64,000 nt of DNA, from positions 903 through 64,902 of the forward strand of contig JAUNQJ010000001.1 of NCBI GenBank assembly GCA_030536265.1, read 5' to 3'. Below, one piece after another: positions 1 to 15,697 of the stretch (its first letter is position 1; each line of letters begins with the position of its first letter). The DNA is from Erysipelotrichaceae bacterium. Its GTDB lineage: Bacteria; Bacillota_I; Bacilli_A; Erysipelotrichales; Erysipelotrichaceae. The notes beneath the pieces are model-generated. The model saw nothing but the letters and a program-made list of their open reading frames with translations. It ran no database searches and was not told the origin of the DNA. Both the position numbers and the translations under genes were made by a program.

Positions 1-522
1 AAATGCAACGATAACAATTCTTTCTTTAAATCTCTTAATATATCGTTAGCAAGTCTAGTTTCGATATAGCATTCATCAAACTCAACAATATCATTAGAGT
101 ATTTGCGATAGAAACCAAATTGATGTTCTCTAACTGGCACTTGAGTTTTGTTTCTATAATACATTGGATCATCACATTTAATAACATCATCAACTTTAAC
201 ATCAAGATTAAAATTCTTAAACGTTTGTTCTAGTTGTCTTTTTTTAAGTACCAATTGATAGTCATAATCAATATATCGATAATCACATCCGCCACACTTA
301 TAAGATATAGGACATAGTGACTTAATTCTATATGGCGATGGTTTAATCATTTCATCAATAATGCCAAAAGCCATATTCTTTTTATCAGAAATGATTTTTA
401 CTTTTGCTACTTCATCAAGTATCATTCCCTTAACAAAAACAACAAGGCCATTATCTTTACAGATTCCTTGTCCATCTACCGACATATCAATACATTTAAG
501 TTCTAAAATCTCGTTTTTCATA
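1..522 (-). CDS. 23S rRNA (uracil-5-)-methyltransferase, RumA/RlmCD family; N-terminal part only, the rest lies beyond the window start
   Basis: My own reverse-strand translation from the ATG at 522 gives MKNEILELKCIDMSVDGQGICKDNGLVVFVKG... (TRAM-like N-terminus). It is followed by the Fe-S Cys cluster C-x5-C-x2-C (SLCPISYKCGGCDYRY). The ORF is absent from the track because there is no stop codon in the window. Confidence 0.7.
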
Positions 523-523
523 A

Positions 524-552
524 AATAAAAAACTTCTGATTACTCAGAAGTT
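524..552 (-). terminator. Rho-independent terminator after the 208-aa membrane protein gene
   Basis: Inverted repeat aacttctga/tcagaagtt (531-552). An A-run on the + strand gives a U-run on the minus transcript. Confidence 0.6.
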
Positions 553-1178
553 TATTCAGCATCTGCTTCTCCATCTACTACATCAGTAGTATCAGGAGTA
601 TCGACAACTTCACCTCTTAATTCTTTAGCTAAATCTGAATTTTTAGGCGAAGAAATAAGTTGTGTTTCATAATCATCCATTTTTGAATTCTTAGTTAATA
701 CATAAGAAATCCAATTAGCATCTTCATTGTTATCAGGGATGTAGTTATAAGAATTGATAGCTAAATCATACATCCTTTGTCCATCACTAGACATCTTGAA
801 ATATGTAGATACAGGTAATTCTTTGTTCACTGCATCATATGCATCTTTAGTAATTTTTTCAATTTCTTCTTCACTAGCGCTATCTTTTGTGTCGATGTTA
901 ACTCTAAATTGAGCTGTTGCAAGATTTACTTCACAAGATTCAACACCACTAATTGAACTAACGCTATTTTTTACACTTTCAATTTGAGAAGATGTGATAG
1001 CAGGATTTAAATCGTTATCAAATCTATTTCCAAATGAAGGCTTGCTATTAGTTAATGCAGCAGAAATAATAATTACTAGGAATATAATAATTGGAATTGC
1101 GATTATTATACAAGAAATAATCAATACTAGTGCTGATGTAGATAATTTTTTCTTTTTAGGTTTTTTAACTTCACTCAT
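552..1178 (-). CDS. Hypothetical single-pass membrane protein with an extracytoplasmic ferredoxin-like (HMA-like, no CxxC) domain and an acidic tail
   Basis: 208 aa. It has a Lys-rich N-terminus followed by one strong TM helix (ALVLIISCIIIAIPIIIFLVIIISAAL). The stretch GVESCEVNLATAQFRVNID resembles an HMA fold but lacks the metal-binding cysteines. Confidence 0.5.
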   Translation of the reverse strand: MSEVKKPKKKKLSTSALVLIISCIIIAIPIIIFLVIIISAALTNSKPSFGNRFDNDLNPAITSSQIESVKNSVSSISGVESCEVNLATAQFRVNIDTKDSASEEEIEKITKDAYDAVNKELPVSTYFKMSSDGQRMYDLAINSYNYIPDNNEDANWISYVLTKNSKMDDYETQLISSPKNSDLAKELRGEVVDTPDTTDVVDGEADAE

Positions 1179-1187
1179 AATAATATT

Positions 1188-2612
1188 CTATCTTTCACTT
1201 AATTCTTTAGTCAATAATTCTGAAGCCATCTTCGGATTAGCTTGTCCTTTAGATTTCTTCATAACTTGACCTACCATAAAGCCTAAAGCTCTATCTTTAC
1301 CATTCTTGAAATCTTCAATTGATTGAGGATTTTCATCTAATACTTCTTTAACAATCTTTAAGATTTCATCTTGATTAGATACTTGTTTAATGCCCTTTTC
1401 ATTAATAATAGTTTCAGGATCTTTACCACTTAACATCTCTTCAAGAACTTCTTTAGCCTGTTTAGAAGATATTTCTCCCTTATCTAATATATTAGATAAC
1501 TTAGCTAGATTAACAGGAGTAACTGGTGACTTCTCAATAGGTGTTTCATCTTTTTGAAGTAAACCAACAAGTTCAGAAGTTAGTAGATTACACAAATTCT
1601 TTGGATTTGTTGCAGACTTCATAGCTTCATCAAAGAAAGAAGACATCATCTTATTTGCTAGTAATAAGTTGGTATCATATTCACTTAACTTATATTCATT
1701 TAAATAACGTTTAGATTTTGCATCAGGTAGTTCAGGCATAGCTTCCTTAATAGAGTTAATCCATGCATCATCAATTTTGATCGGGAAGATGTTTGGCTCT
1801 GGGAAGTATTTATAATCTACAGATGATTCTTTTAATCTCATAGAAACAGTAGACATTGTCTTTTCATCAAAACGTCTAGTTTCTTGAACAATCTTTTCAC
1901 CTTTTTCTAATAATTCAGCTTGTCTATTTGCTTCAAAGTCGATAGCATCTTTAACATTTGCGATACTATTTAAGTTTTTAACTTCAACCTTTGTACCAAA
2001 TTCATTAGATCCTTTAGGTTTAATTGAAACGTTAACGTCGCATCTTAAAGAACCCTCTTCCATTTTTACATCAGATACACCTAAGTAATCTAATGTTTGT
2101 CTTAACTTCTCTACGTATAATGCAGCTTCTTCGCCAGATGCGATATCAGGTTCAGATACAATTTCAAGAAGTGGAACACCAGCTCTATTAAAATCAATTA
2201 ATGTTTCATCATATAAGTGGAACTGTTTAGCAGTATCCTCTTCCATATGTGCTCTATTAATTCTAATTTTCTTGTATCCACCATTTACGTAAATTTCAAT
2301 ATAACCGTTTTTACCAATTGGATGGAATTGTTGAGTGATTTGGAAGCCTTTAGGTAAATCAGAATAGTAATAATTCTTTCTATCAAATTTAATTAACTTA
2401 TCAATATCAAGATTTAAAGCAAAGCATGTCATGATTGCTTTTTTAACTGCTTCCATATTTACACATGGTAAAGTTCCAGGATGTCCTAAATCAATTTCGT
2501 TTGTGCAAGTGTTTGCTTCAGACTTGAATTTATAAGGAGCACCTGAAAACATCTTTGTATTAGTAGTAAGTTCAAGGTGAATTTCAATTCCGACTACAAC
2601 ATCGTATTCCAT
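1188..2612 (-). CDS. gatB: Asp-tRNA(Asn)/Glu-tRNA(Gln) amidotransferase subunit B
   Basis: 474 aa with the canonical GatB N-terminus (YDVVVGIEIHLEL) and a C-terminal YqeY-like tail. It lies 2 nt downstream of gatA. Confidence 0.95.
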   Translation of the reverse strand: MEYDVVVGIEIHLELTTNTKMFSGAPYKFKSEANTCTNEIDLGHPGTLPCVNMEAVKKAIMTCFALNLDIDKLIKFDRKNYYYSDLPKGFQITQQFHPIGKNGYIEIYVNGGYKKIRINRAHMEEDTAKQFHLYDETLIDFNRAGVPLLEIVSEPDIASGEEAALYVEKLRQTLDYLGVSDVKMEEGSLRCDVNVSIKPKGSNEFGTKVEVKNLNSIANVKDAIDFEANRQAELLEKGEKIVQETRRFDEKTMSTVSMRLKESSVDYKYFPEPNIFPIKIDDAWINSIKEAMPELPDAKSKRYLNEYKLSEYDTNLLLANKMMSSFFDEAMKSATNPKNLCNLLTSELVGLLQKDETPIEKSPVTPVNLAKLSNILDKGEISSKQAKEVLEEMLSGKDPETIINEKGIKQVSNQDEILKIVKEVLDENPQSIEDFKNGKDRALGFMVGQVMKKSKGQANPKMASELLTKELSER

Positions 2613-2614
2613 AA

Positions 2615-3997
2615 TTAGAAATCCTCCTTTACTTTATCAGCTAAACCAGTTATTTCTTCAATAGCAAAAGAAATATCAAACATTGTTTGTTCTTTAAATG
2701 GATTACATGTTAGATTAACACCGATTGGTAAACCTTCTGTGTATCCCATAGGTAATGTAATAGATGGACAACCTGTAAAGTTTCCAATAACCATATGGTT
2801 ATCAGCTACTAAGTATTCATCTGACATTTGGTTAGTTGAAGTTGAATTAATTAGTGGTGCGCCACCTGTAGCAGCTGGAGCAATTAAGCCATCAGCATCA
2901 CTAAGCTTTTTCATTACATCTTCAACGATTAATCTTCTTATTTTTTGAGCTTTTCTAAATACTCTTTCTTGATTATCTTCTTTTAATGCATATGAACCAA
3001 TAACAAATCTCTTTTTAATCCATGGACCAAAGCCTTCACTTCTTGATTTAATCATTATTTCATCAATTGAAGATCCTTCTAATCTTTCACCAAATAATAA
3101 ACCAGTAAGATTAGAATGATTTGCTGTAGCTTCTGCGTTAGCAATAATGTAATAAGTAGGAAGAATAGCTCTCATAAGTTTTTCATCAAAACTTACATTT
3201 TCAACTATTGCGCCCTTCTTCTTTAGTCCTTCAATTAAATTATTAAAACTTTCAATAACATCCTTATTAGATATAGCTTCAATTACATTACTAAACACTA
3301 ATATTTTTTTACCTTTAATATCACTATTTAATTCTTTTGAGTATTCTTTAACTTCTTCAAAACTTGAAGTCATATCGTTGTCATCTCTTCCAGCTAAGAC
3401 TTCAAGAAGTGTTGCAGCATCTTTTACATTAGTACAGAAATAACCAACATGATCCAAACTTGATGAATATGGAATAATACCATATCTAGAAATTCTTCCG
3501 TAAGTTGGTTTAACTCCAACGATACCATTGAATGACGCAGGCTTTCTAACAGAATCGCCAGTATCAGATCCAATAGCAAATGGAACAGCACCTGAAGCAA
3601 CAGCAACAGCCGAACCACCAGATGATCCACCAGAAATTCTATTTAAATCGTACGGATTTTTTACAGGGCCTGTTAAAGCAGTCAAGTTAGTTCCACCCAT
3701 TGCAAGTTCATCCATACTAGCTTTTGCGATAATTTGCCCACCTGCTTTTTCAATCTTATCAACGATAGTTGCGTTATATACAGGAACATAATTATCTAAT
3801 ATCTTACAAGAAGCAGTAGTTAAAATACCTTTAGTATTAACATTGTCTTTTAATACAACAGGAACATTATTTAATTTTCCTTCGCCTTTTATAGTAGGCT
3901 CAACAAAAGTAACGATATTATTTAATTTCTCGTTATTCTTTTTAAGTATCTCAAGTGCTAAAGTTGCACTATTAGTTGTACAATCTTGAAGTCTCAT
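2615..3997 (-). CDS. gatA: Glutamyl-tRNA(Gln) amidotransferase subunit A
   Basis: 460 aa carrying the amidase signature GGSSGGSAVAVASG. Its start overlaps the gatC stop by 1 nt. Confidence 0.95.
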   Translation of the reverse strand: MRLQDCTTNSATLALEILKKNNEKLNNIVTFVEPTIKGEGKLNNVPVVLKDNVNTKGILTTASCKILDNYVPVYNATIVDKIEKAGGQIIAKASMDELAMGGTNLTALTGPVKNPYDLNRISGGSSGGSAVAVASGAVPFAIGSDTGDSVRKPASFNGIVGVKPTYGRISRYGIIPYSSSLDHVGYFCTNVKDAATLLEVLAGRDDNDMTSSFEEVKEYSKELNSDIKGKKILVFSNVIEAISNKDVIESFNNLIEGLKKKGAIVENVSFDEKLMRAILPTYYIIANAEATANHSNLTGLLFGERLEGSSIDEIMIKSRSEGFGPWIKKRFVIGSYALKEDNQERVFRKAQKIRRLIVEDVMKKLSDADGLIAPAATGGAPLINSTSTNQMSDEYLVADNHMVIGNFTGCPSITLPMGYTEGLPIGVNLTCNPFKEQTMFDISFAIEEITGLADKVKEDF

Positions 3998-4290
3998 TAT
4001 TTAACCACCTTAGGTACAACTACGTGACCTTGTTTAGTTTTAGCAACATTACTCATAGCATCATTTTGAGAAATAGTTTTGCTAGTTACATCTTGTCTTA
4101 AATAAGAAGTAGGATCATCAAATGGATAAACCATTTCTTCTACGTTAGATGTATCGATAGAATCAAAAAATTCTAGCATCTTATCTAGTGTTTTAAATTC
4201 ATTTTCAATATCTTCGGCCTCTTTATCAGTTACATCAAACATGATATTTAAGGCTAAATCTTTAATTTCTTCTTTATTCATACCTATCAA
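3997..4290 (-). CDS. gatC: Glutamyl-tRNA(Gln) amidotransferase subunit C
   Basis: 97 aa. Its size and its position immediately upstream of gatA-gatB fit gatC. It abuts the ligA stop with no intergenic base. Confidence 0.85.
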   Translation of the reverse strand: MIGMNKEEIKDLALNIMFDVTDKEAEDIENEFKTLDKMLEFFDSIDTSNVEEMVYPFDDPTSYLRQDVTSKTISQNDAMSNVAKTKQGHVVVPKVVK

Positions 4291-6309
<2,019 letters not shown>

Positions 6310-6312
6310 GAA

Positions 6313-7503
6313 TTAATCGTTTGTGTAGTTATCAAAGTATCCCTTAATATACACAACAGGTGTTCCCTTATCTCCTGAGCCACTTGTTAAGTCAGACAAC
6401 GAACCAAGTAAATCAGTAATCTGTCTTGGCGTAGTTCCTTCGCTTGCCATATTACCAACAAGATTGTTATCTTTGTTTTTAATCGAAGTTTGAATAGCTT
6501 GTTTTAAGTCATCACCTTTTAAATCTTTATAATCGTTATCAGCAAGATATTTAAGTTTCAATTCGTTTGGCGTTCCTTTTAAACCAGAAGTATGAGCTGG
6601 TGATACAACAGGATCAGCAAGTTCCCAAATCTTTCCTTGAGGATCTTTAAATGCACCATCACCATAAATCATAACTTCTACGGTTTTACCAGTTCTTTCT
6701 TTAATAATCTTTTGAATATTTTCGACTAAATCTTGTCCACCCTCTGGAAACAATTTAATTTTATCTTCACTAGCCTTATTAGAACCAAGTAATCCATATT
6801 TAGAATTAAAACCAGAACCATTAATTGATGAATTCATTATTTCATCCATTCCGTATACTGTAGCACCTAAATCTTTTAATATTTTTCTAGTGCGGAATCT
6901 TGTATGAATATCACAATTAAGTACATAATTTGTATAATCTAATATTACTTTTGGATTATTAGCAAAAACTATTTCACATTCACAGTTTTCTTCTTCAATT
7001 AATTTCTTATAAAAATCAATATAGTCAACTCCTGTGAATTCATGTTTGTTTTCACCAAATAATTCTCTATATTTTTCCAAAGATAATACATCACTATATG
7101 GATTAACGTTTGCTTTATCAATTTTATCTAATGATATAAGTTCATTACCAACTTCATCACTTGGATAAGAAAGCATTAAGACAATTTTCTTTGCACCTCT
7201 AGCAAATCCTTTTAAACAAATAGAAAATCTATTTCTTGAAGTAATTGGAAAAATAACGCCAATAGTGTTATCACCAAATTTATTTTTAACATCAGTTGCA
7301 ATATCATCTACTGTACAATAATTACCTTGTGCTCTAGCAACTATAGATTCAGTAATAGCAATTACATCTTTATCATTAACTTTAAAACCAATTGAATCAA
7401 TCATATCTAAACAAGCATTAGAAACAATTGATGGTAAATCATCGCCTTCTCTTATTATTGGGCATCTAACACCCATTGATATAGTTCCAACAAGTCTTGT
7501 CAT
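6313..7503 (-). CDS. CofE/FbiB-like protein (F420-0:gamma-glutamyl ligase superfamily, COG1478); function unknown in this context
   Basis: 396 aa. The N-terminal pattern PIIREGDDLPSIV...DKDVIAITESIVARAQG matches the CofE hallmark (GDDL ... vvSKaEG). The later GLLGSN...LFPEG...VMIYGDG resembles the GIDASN...LP...ViisD block. Confidence 0.5.
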   Translation of the reverse strand: MTRLVGTISMGVRCPIIREGDDLPSIVSNACLDMIDSIGFKVNDKDVIAITESIVARAQGNYCTVDDIATDVKNKFGDNTIGVIFPITSRNRFSICLKGFARGAKKIVLMLSYPSDEVGNELISLDKIDKANVNPYSDVLSLEKYRELFGENKHEFTGVDYIDFYKKLIEEENCECEIVFANNPKVILDYTNYVLNCDIHTRFRTRKILKDLGATVYGMDEIMNSSINGSGFNSKYGLLGSNKASEDKIKLFPEGGQDLVENIQKIIKERTGKTVEVMIYGDGAFKDPQGKIWELADPVVSPAHTSGLKGTPNELKLKYLADNDYKDLKGDDLKQAIQTSIKNKDNNLVGNMASEGTTPRQITDLLGSLSDLTSGSGDKGTPVVYIKGYFDNYTND

Positions 7504-7510
7504 AACGCTC

Positions 7511-9082
7511 CTATTCTATGCCAAACAAATAAGCATATACGGGTTGATCACCCTTTATCATCTCAACTTCTAAGCCAATGCTTTCAGCGCATTTTACTAT
7601 TTCTTCATTAACTTCATTAATAGATCCTTCTCCATAAATGATAGTAAGTAATGAAGAATCATCATCTTTTAATCTTTCGATAGTCTTGATACATAATTCT
7701 TTTAAATTATTAGAAGAATCGATAATAGTTTTTCCTACTATTGAAATGTAATCATCTTTCTTAACTTCTACGCCATCGAATGAAGTATCTTTTACTGCAT
7801 AAGTAATTTGTGCAGTCTTTAGTTCTGTGGCTGCTTTTGTTAATGCTTTTTCATTATTGCCTTTACTATCATTTGCGTCAAATAACGCCAAAGCACTAAT
7901 TCCAGCTTGCAAAGATTTAGATGGAATAACAACAACATCTTTATTAGACATTGTTTTTGCTTGTTCGGCAGCTAAGATAATATTTGAATTATTTGGAAGA
8001 ATAAATATTATCTTACAATTATCTAATTCATCAATCTTATCTAAGAAATCTTGAGTAGATGGATTCATTGTTTGACCACCTGATACAACGATATCAACGC
8101 CTAGTTCTAAGAATAATTTGTTTAGCCCTTCTCCTTGGCTTACAGAAATAATTCCATATTCTTTTTGAGGTTTCTTTGCAATTAAATGATTTTCAACATT
8201 TAACGAAGCGAACTCTCCATAACGTTGTAATACATTTAATACTTCGCCAGGTTTTACAGTATTAACTTCAAAATCGATACATTCATTATTTATATCCATT
8301 TTAATAATTTCACTTACCGCAATAAGCCTCTTATTAATAATTGAAGTATCAAATCCTTTCTGATACTCAGGATTTAATAATAAATTAATAAACATTTTGT
8401 ATCCTAAATAATCTTTTGCGTCTTTTGAAAGTTCAACTTGAGCGATATCTACTTTCTTAATAGCTTCGCCTTTAAAAAATAGGTTAAATCCTTCAAATAT
8501 TCTAAATAAACCAGCACCACCCGAATCAACAACACCTGCTTCTTTTAGAGCTGGTAATAATTCGGGAGTATTATCTAACGATTTCTTTGCGTTACTTGTT
8601 AAACATTCAAAGTATTCTTCTATCGTTAAATTAGAATTGTTTTCTAATTCTTTGCTAGCATAATATGCAGACTCTTTAATTACTGTTAGTATTGTTCCTT
8701 CAACAGGTTTCATAATTGCTTTATAAGCAACTCTAGCACCTTCAATAAAACCATTTGAAATATCTTTTACTGTTAACTCATTTTTTCCTTCAACCGCTTT
8801 AGCAAAGCCTCTAAATATTTGAGAAGTAATAACACCTGAATTACCCCTCGCTCCCATTAACAGTCCTTTAGATAATGCTTTAGCTAAATCACAAACATTA
8901 TTTGATAGAAAATTACTAGCTTCTTTGTATCCGTTAGTAAAAGTCATCGCCATGTTTGTTCCAGTATCTCCATCAGGTACTGGGAAGACGTTTAATGTAT
9001 TTATTTCTTCTTCATGGTTTTCTAGATTGTTAGATCCAGATTCAACCATAGCTAAAAAGTCTTTACTATTTAAAATATTCAT
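7511..9082 (-). CDS. fakA: DAK2-domain fatty acid kinase subunit A (YloV/FakA family)
   Basis: 523 aa with the DAK2 phosphate-binding motif PVPDGDTGTNM near the N-terminus. It shows the typical coupling to an upstream Asp23-family gene (1-nt overlap). Confidence 0.8.
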   Translation of the reverse strand: MNILNSKDFLAMVESGSNNLENHEEEINTLNVFPVPDGDTGTNMAMTFTNGYKEASNFLSNNVCDLAKALSKGLLMGARGNSGVITSQIFRGFAKAVEGKNELTVKDISNGFIEGARVAYKAIMKPVEGTILTVIKESAYYASKELENNSNLTIEEYFECLTSNAKKSLDNTPELLPALKEAGVVDSGGAGLFRIFEGFNLFFKGEAIKKVDIAQVELSKDAKDYLGYKMFINLLLNPEYQKGFDTSIINKRLIAVSEIIKMDINNECIDFEVNTVKPGEVLNVLQRYGEFASLNVENHLIAKKPQKEYGIISVSQGEGLNKLFLELGVDIVVSGGQTMNPSTQDFLDKIDELDNCKIIFILPNNSNIILAAEQAKTMSNKDVVVIPSKSLQAGISALALFDANDSKGNNEKALTKAATELKTAQITYAVKDTSFDGVEVKKDDYISIVGKTIIDSSNNLKELCIKTIERLKDDDSSLLTIIYGEGSINEVNEEIVKCAESIGLEVEMIKGDQPVYAYLFGIE

Positions 9083-9435
9083 TAATTAACCTTTATTCCT
9101 TCAACATGAACATTAACAGCTATAACATCCATGTTCAATGCATTCTCAACTGTATACTTAACTCTTTTTTGTATTTCCCTAACAACTTCAGGAATCTTTA
9201 CACCAAAAGATAAAACTACATATAAATCAATTGTCAAAACAGAATTCTTGCTAGATACTACAATTCCTTTGCCATAGTTTTCAATTTTTAATAATTCATT
9301 TACTTTATCCATAGCTTTTTTAGGAGTAACTCCTACAACACCATAGCATTCAGCAACTGCAGAGCCGATTAAAGAAGCGATAGCATTATCGCTTATTTTA
9401 ATCTCTCCATATGTTCCACTTTTATTTACTGGCAT
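9082..9435 (-). CDS. Asp23/Gls24 family envelope stress protein (YloU-like)
   Basis: 117 aa. The sequence ISDNAIASLIGSAVAECYGVVGV is typical of the Asp23 family. It keeps the conserved yloU-yloV gene pairing. Confidence 0.8.
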   Translation of the reverse strand: MPVNKSGTYGEIKISDNAIASLIGSAVAECYGVVGVTPKKAMDKVNELLKIENYGKGIVVSSKNSVLTIDLYVVLSFGVKIPEVVREIQKRVKYTVENALNMDVIAVNVHVEGIKVN

Positions 9436-9474
9436 AATTAATACCTATTTATTATAACAAAATAGAAAAAAGCA

Positions 9475-9503
9475 ATAAAAAATAGTATTGTTTACAATAC
9501 TAT

Positions 9504-9504
<1 letters not shown>
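9475..9504 (-). terminator. Rho-independent terminator of the atp operon
   Basis: Hairpin atagtattg-ttta-caatactat directly after the atpC stop, followed on the minus strand by a U-run. Confidence 0.7.
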
Positions 9505-12137
<2,633 letters not shown>

Positions 12138-12140
12138 TAA

Positions 12141-13661
12141 TTATTCTCCATATACCTTTAAATAATCAGCTAAAACTTTATCCATCTCTTTCTTAATCTT
12201 TTCGATTAATTCATCAGATAAAATTCCTTTTTCTTCTATTTCGTTAACAATATCTTTAGCATCATTAACAAAATGTTTTAATAAATATTCTTCAAATTCA
12301 CCAACTTTTTCTACTGCAATATTTTTTAAATATCCATATTTTGCAGCGAATAATGCTAATACTTGTTCACTTTGAGATAGTGGCGAATATTGAGGCTGTT
12401 TTAAAAGTTCAGTAAGTCTAGCACCATGATCGATAGTTGCTTTTGTTGCAGCATCTAAGTCACTACCAAATTGAGCAAATGATAATAATTCTTGGTATTG
12501 TGCTAATGCTAGTTTTAAAGATCCTGATACTGATTTCATAGCTTTAGTTTGTGCAGCACTACCAACACGTGATACAGACAAACCAGAATCTACTGCAGGT
12601 CTAACACCTGAGTTAAATAATTTAGTTTGTAAGAATATTTGTCCATCAGTAATTGAAATTACGTTTGTTGGAATATATGCTGAGATATCACCAGCTTGAG
12701 TTTCGATAATAGGAAGCGCAGTTAATGAACCGCCACCTAATTCATCAGATAGTTTTGCTGCTCTTTCAAGTAATCTAGAATGCAAATAGAATACATCACC
12801 TGGATAAGCTTCTCTTCCTGGAGGTCTACGAAGAAGTAAAGACATTGTTCTATATGCAACAGCATGTTTAGATAAGTCATCATAAACAATTAATACATCT
12901 TCACCTTTTTCCATCCACTCTTCGCCAATTGCACATCCTGCATATGGAGCAATATATTGAAGTGGAGAAAGTTCGCTTGCTGTAGCACATACTACAGTTG
13001 TATATTTCATAGCATCATGTTGTCTTAGCTTTTCTACAATTTGTGCAACAGTAGATGCTTTTTGTCCAATAGCAACATAGATACATTTAACACCTGTATC
13101 TTTTTGATTAATGATAGTATCAACTGCAATTGCTGTTTTACCAGTTTGTCTATCACCAATAATTAATTCTCTTTGGCCTCTGCCAATTGGAATCATTGAG
13201 TCAATAACTTTTAAACCAGTCATAAGTGGTTGGCATACTGATTTTCTTGTCATAACACCAGGAGCAACTCTTTCAACTGCTCTATATTTATCAGTTTTGA
13301 TTTCTTCGCCACCATCAATTGGTTGACCTAAAGCATTTACAACTCTGCCAAGTAATGCGTCACCTACTGGAACTTCAACAATTCTTCCAGTTCTTTTAAC
13401 AACATCGCCTTCTTTAATACCAGAGTCATCACCCATTAATACAGCACCAATAGAATCTTCCTCAAGGTTTAAAACCATTCCATATACACCATTAGGGAAT
13501 TCTAATAGTTCACTAGACATAGCTTTTGCTAAGCCTTGAATAATAGCGATACCATCACCAATCTTTACGATAGTGCCTACATCATCAGCAACAACTTGAT
13601 CATCATAATTCTCAATTTGTTTCTTAATTAGAGCACTTATTTCACTAGGTTTTAATTCCAT
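12141..13661 (-). CDS. atpA: F1 ATP synthase subunit alpha
   Basis: 506 aa with Walker [10 protein letters not shown]. Confidence 0.97.
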   Translation of the reverse strand: MELKPSEISALIKKQIENYDDQVVADDVGTIVKIGDGIAIIQGLAKAMSSELLEFPNGVYGMVLNLEEDSIGAVLMGDDSGIKEGDVVKRTGRIVEVPVGDALLGRVVNALGQPIDGGEEIKTDKYRAVERVAPGVMTRKSVCQPLMTGLKVIDSMIPIGRGQRELIIGDRQTGKTAIAVDTIINQKDTGVKCIYVAIGQKASTVAQIVEKLRQHDAMKYTTVVCATASELSPLQYIAPYAGCAIGEEWMEKGEDVLIVYDDLSKHAVAYRTMSLLLRRPPGREAYPGDVFYLHSRLLERAAKLSDELGGGSLTALPIIETQAGDISAYIPTNVISITDGQIFLQTKLFNSGVRPAVDSGLSVSRVGSAAQTKAMKSVSGSLKLALAQYQELLSFAQFGSDLDAATKATIDHGARLTELLKQPQYSPLSQSEQVLALFAAKYGYLKNIAVEKVGEFEEYLLKHFVNDAKDIVNEIEEKGILSDELIEKIKKEMDKVLADYLKVYGE

Positions 13662-14200
13662 GATTGGCCTCCTTTTCTACTAATTAGTTCTTGCATCTTA
13701 TCAATCTTTTCTTTCATACTGGCATCAATTATTTGATTATCAAATTTAATTTTGAAACCAGAGATAAGAGCTTTATTTATTTTTTGTTTTAATTCAACTT
13801 TTTGTCCATCTTTTGATAAAGCTTTTTCTAATTCTTTAACTTTATCAGTATCTAATGGTCTTACTGATTCAATTATTCCTTCTTTTATTTGAAGTTCATC
13901 ATTTGCTAGATGAATGTATGAATCAATAATTTCTTCATAATACGATATTCTTCCTTTATCAACTAAAAGTAATAAGAAATTTATCGTATCTTTTGAGGTT
14001 TTGTTTGCTAGCGCATCTGATATGATCTTCTTTTTATCAGCTTTGCTTACTCTTTCACTTATAAAGAATTCTTTTATGTTTTCTACTTCAGCAAAAATAT
14101 CCTTAACTGTATTAAGTTCATCTTTAAATTCTTTAACACATTTCTTATCTAAACCAAGAGAAAAGAAAGCTTCAGCATAACGACTAGCAATTAGACTCAT
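13652..14200 (-). CDS. atpH: F1 ATP synthase subunit delta (OSCP)
   Basis: 182 aa. The call rests on its position between atpF and atpA and on the RYAEAFF N-terminus. Confidence 0.85.
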   Translation of the reverse strand: MSLIASRYAEAFFSLGLDKKCVKEFKDELNTVKDIFAEVENIKEFFISERVSKADKKKIISDALANKTSKDTINFLLLLVDKGRISYYEEIIDSYIHLANDELQIKEGIIESVRPLDTDKVKELEKALSKDGQKVELKQKINKALISGFKIKFDNQIIDASMKEKIDKMQELISRKGGQSWN

Positions 14201-14703
14201 TTACCATTAACCTCTTTAATATATTTATCTAATGCTTTTTCATCATCACTAGATGTAGCTTTATCTTCTAGAAGTTTGCTTACAGCTGCCAGTGCAACAT
14301 TAACCATTTCATCATGAAGTTCATCTCTAACTTCACTCTTTCTTTGTTCAATCTTGCTTTCAGCTGAATCAAGTTTTGCTTGAGCTTGTTTTTTAGCATC
14401 AGCAACAATTTCGTTTTTAAGATTTGTTGCCTCAATTCGTGCAGCATCAATAATTTCTTTTGATGATGCTTTAGCTTCGTTTAATTCTTTTCTTGAATCT
14501 TCTAGATTTTTAGTTGCTTCTTCATTTTGTTTAAAAGCGTTATCTAATGATTCTTTCATCTTTTCTGAACGTTTAGCAAGGATGTTTTTTACTGGTTTCC
14601 ATAAAAACTTTTTAACAGCTAAAAAGATTATCAATGTTGATAATAATTGAGTTAGCATCGTCAAAACGTTTGGAAATAATGCTCCTTGAACATCTACATT
14701 CAT
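14197..14703 (-). CDS. atpF: Fo ATP synthase subunit b
   Basis: 168 aa with one N-terminal TM helix followed by a long charged coiled-coil. Confidence 0.85.
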   Translation of the reverse strand: MNVDVQGALFPNVLTMLTQLLSTLIIFLAVKKFLWKPVKNILAKRSEKMKESLDNAFKQNEEATKNLEDSRKELNEAKASSKEIIDAARIEATNLKNEIVADAKKQAQAKLDSAESKIEQRKSEVRDELHDEMVNVALAAVSKLLEDKATSSDDEKALDKYIKEVNGK

Positions 14704-14725
14704 AAGTTTTACTCCTAATTAAAAA

Positions 14726-14980
<255 letters not shown>

Positions 14981-14989
14981 TTACTTAAG

Positions 14990-15697
14990 CTAATCTCTTG
15001 CTTCATCTGGAATTTTATTTCCAATGAAGGCTGCAGTTAACATAATAAATATGTATGTCTGGATAAATCCAGAGAATAAATCAAAATAACAATGAAGCGG
15101 AGCAGCTAATATTGGTCCAATAAAATTAAACACATCTTTCGCTCCAAAAATTGACCAGAACACATTTGATACAGTGTTACCTAAGTTATAAACAAGTTCC
15201 ATAATTATTGAACCTGAAAGTAAATTACCAAATAGACGTAAAGACATTGAAAGAAGTGGTGCTATAGTTCCAAAGAAATTAGGAACAACGAATAAGAATA
15301 TTGGTTCAAAGAAAGCATGAATATAAGAACCAATACCGTTATATTCAATATCTGTTTTTTGAATTAAAATAAATGTAATAAAGGCAAGTGATAAAGTAAC
15401 AGACCAGTTCTTAGTTGGATTTTCAAATCCAAGTAAACCAATATAGTTACTAATTAAAATATAAATTGAGATTGAACAAACATAAGGAGCAAGCTTCTCT
15501 CCTACTTTCTTGTTTGTTATTTCAGTAACAAATTGATCTATATATTCAACAAGCATAATGCACACCGTAACAAGTGGTGTTGGAGTTGATAAAGGATCAA
15601 ATTCATTTAATTTATTAGATATTAACTTTAAAACAACAACAATTATTATTGTTATAGCTATGATAATAGGAAATTGTGGTTGAATTACAAGTGTCAT
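14990..15697 (-). CDS. atpB: Fo ATP synthase subunit a
   Basis: 235 aa polytopic protein with the essential Arg motif SLRLFGNLLSG. Confidence 0.92.
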   Translation of the reverse strand: MTLVIQPQFPIIIAITIIIVVVLKLISNKLNEFDPLSTPTPLVTVCIMLVEYIDQFVTEITNKKVGEKLAPYVCSISIYILISNYIGLLGFENPTKNWSVTLSLAFITFILIQKTDIEYNGIGSYIHAFFEPIFLFVVPNFFGTIAPLLSMSLRLFGNLLSGSIIMELVYNLGNTVSNVFWSIFGAKDVFNFIGPILAAPLHCYFDLFSGFIQTYIFIMLTAAFIGNKIPDEARD

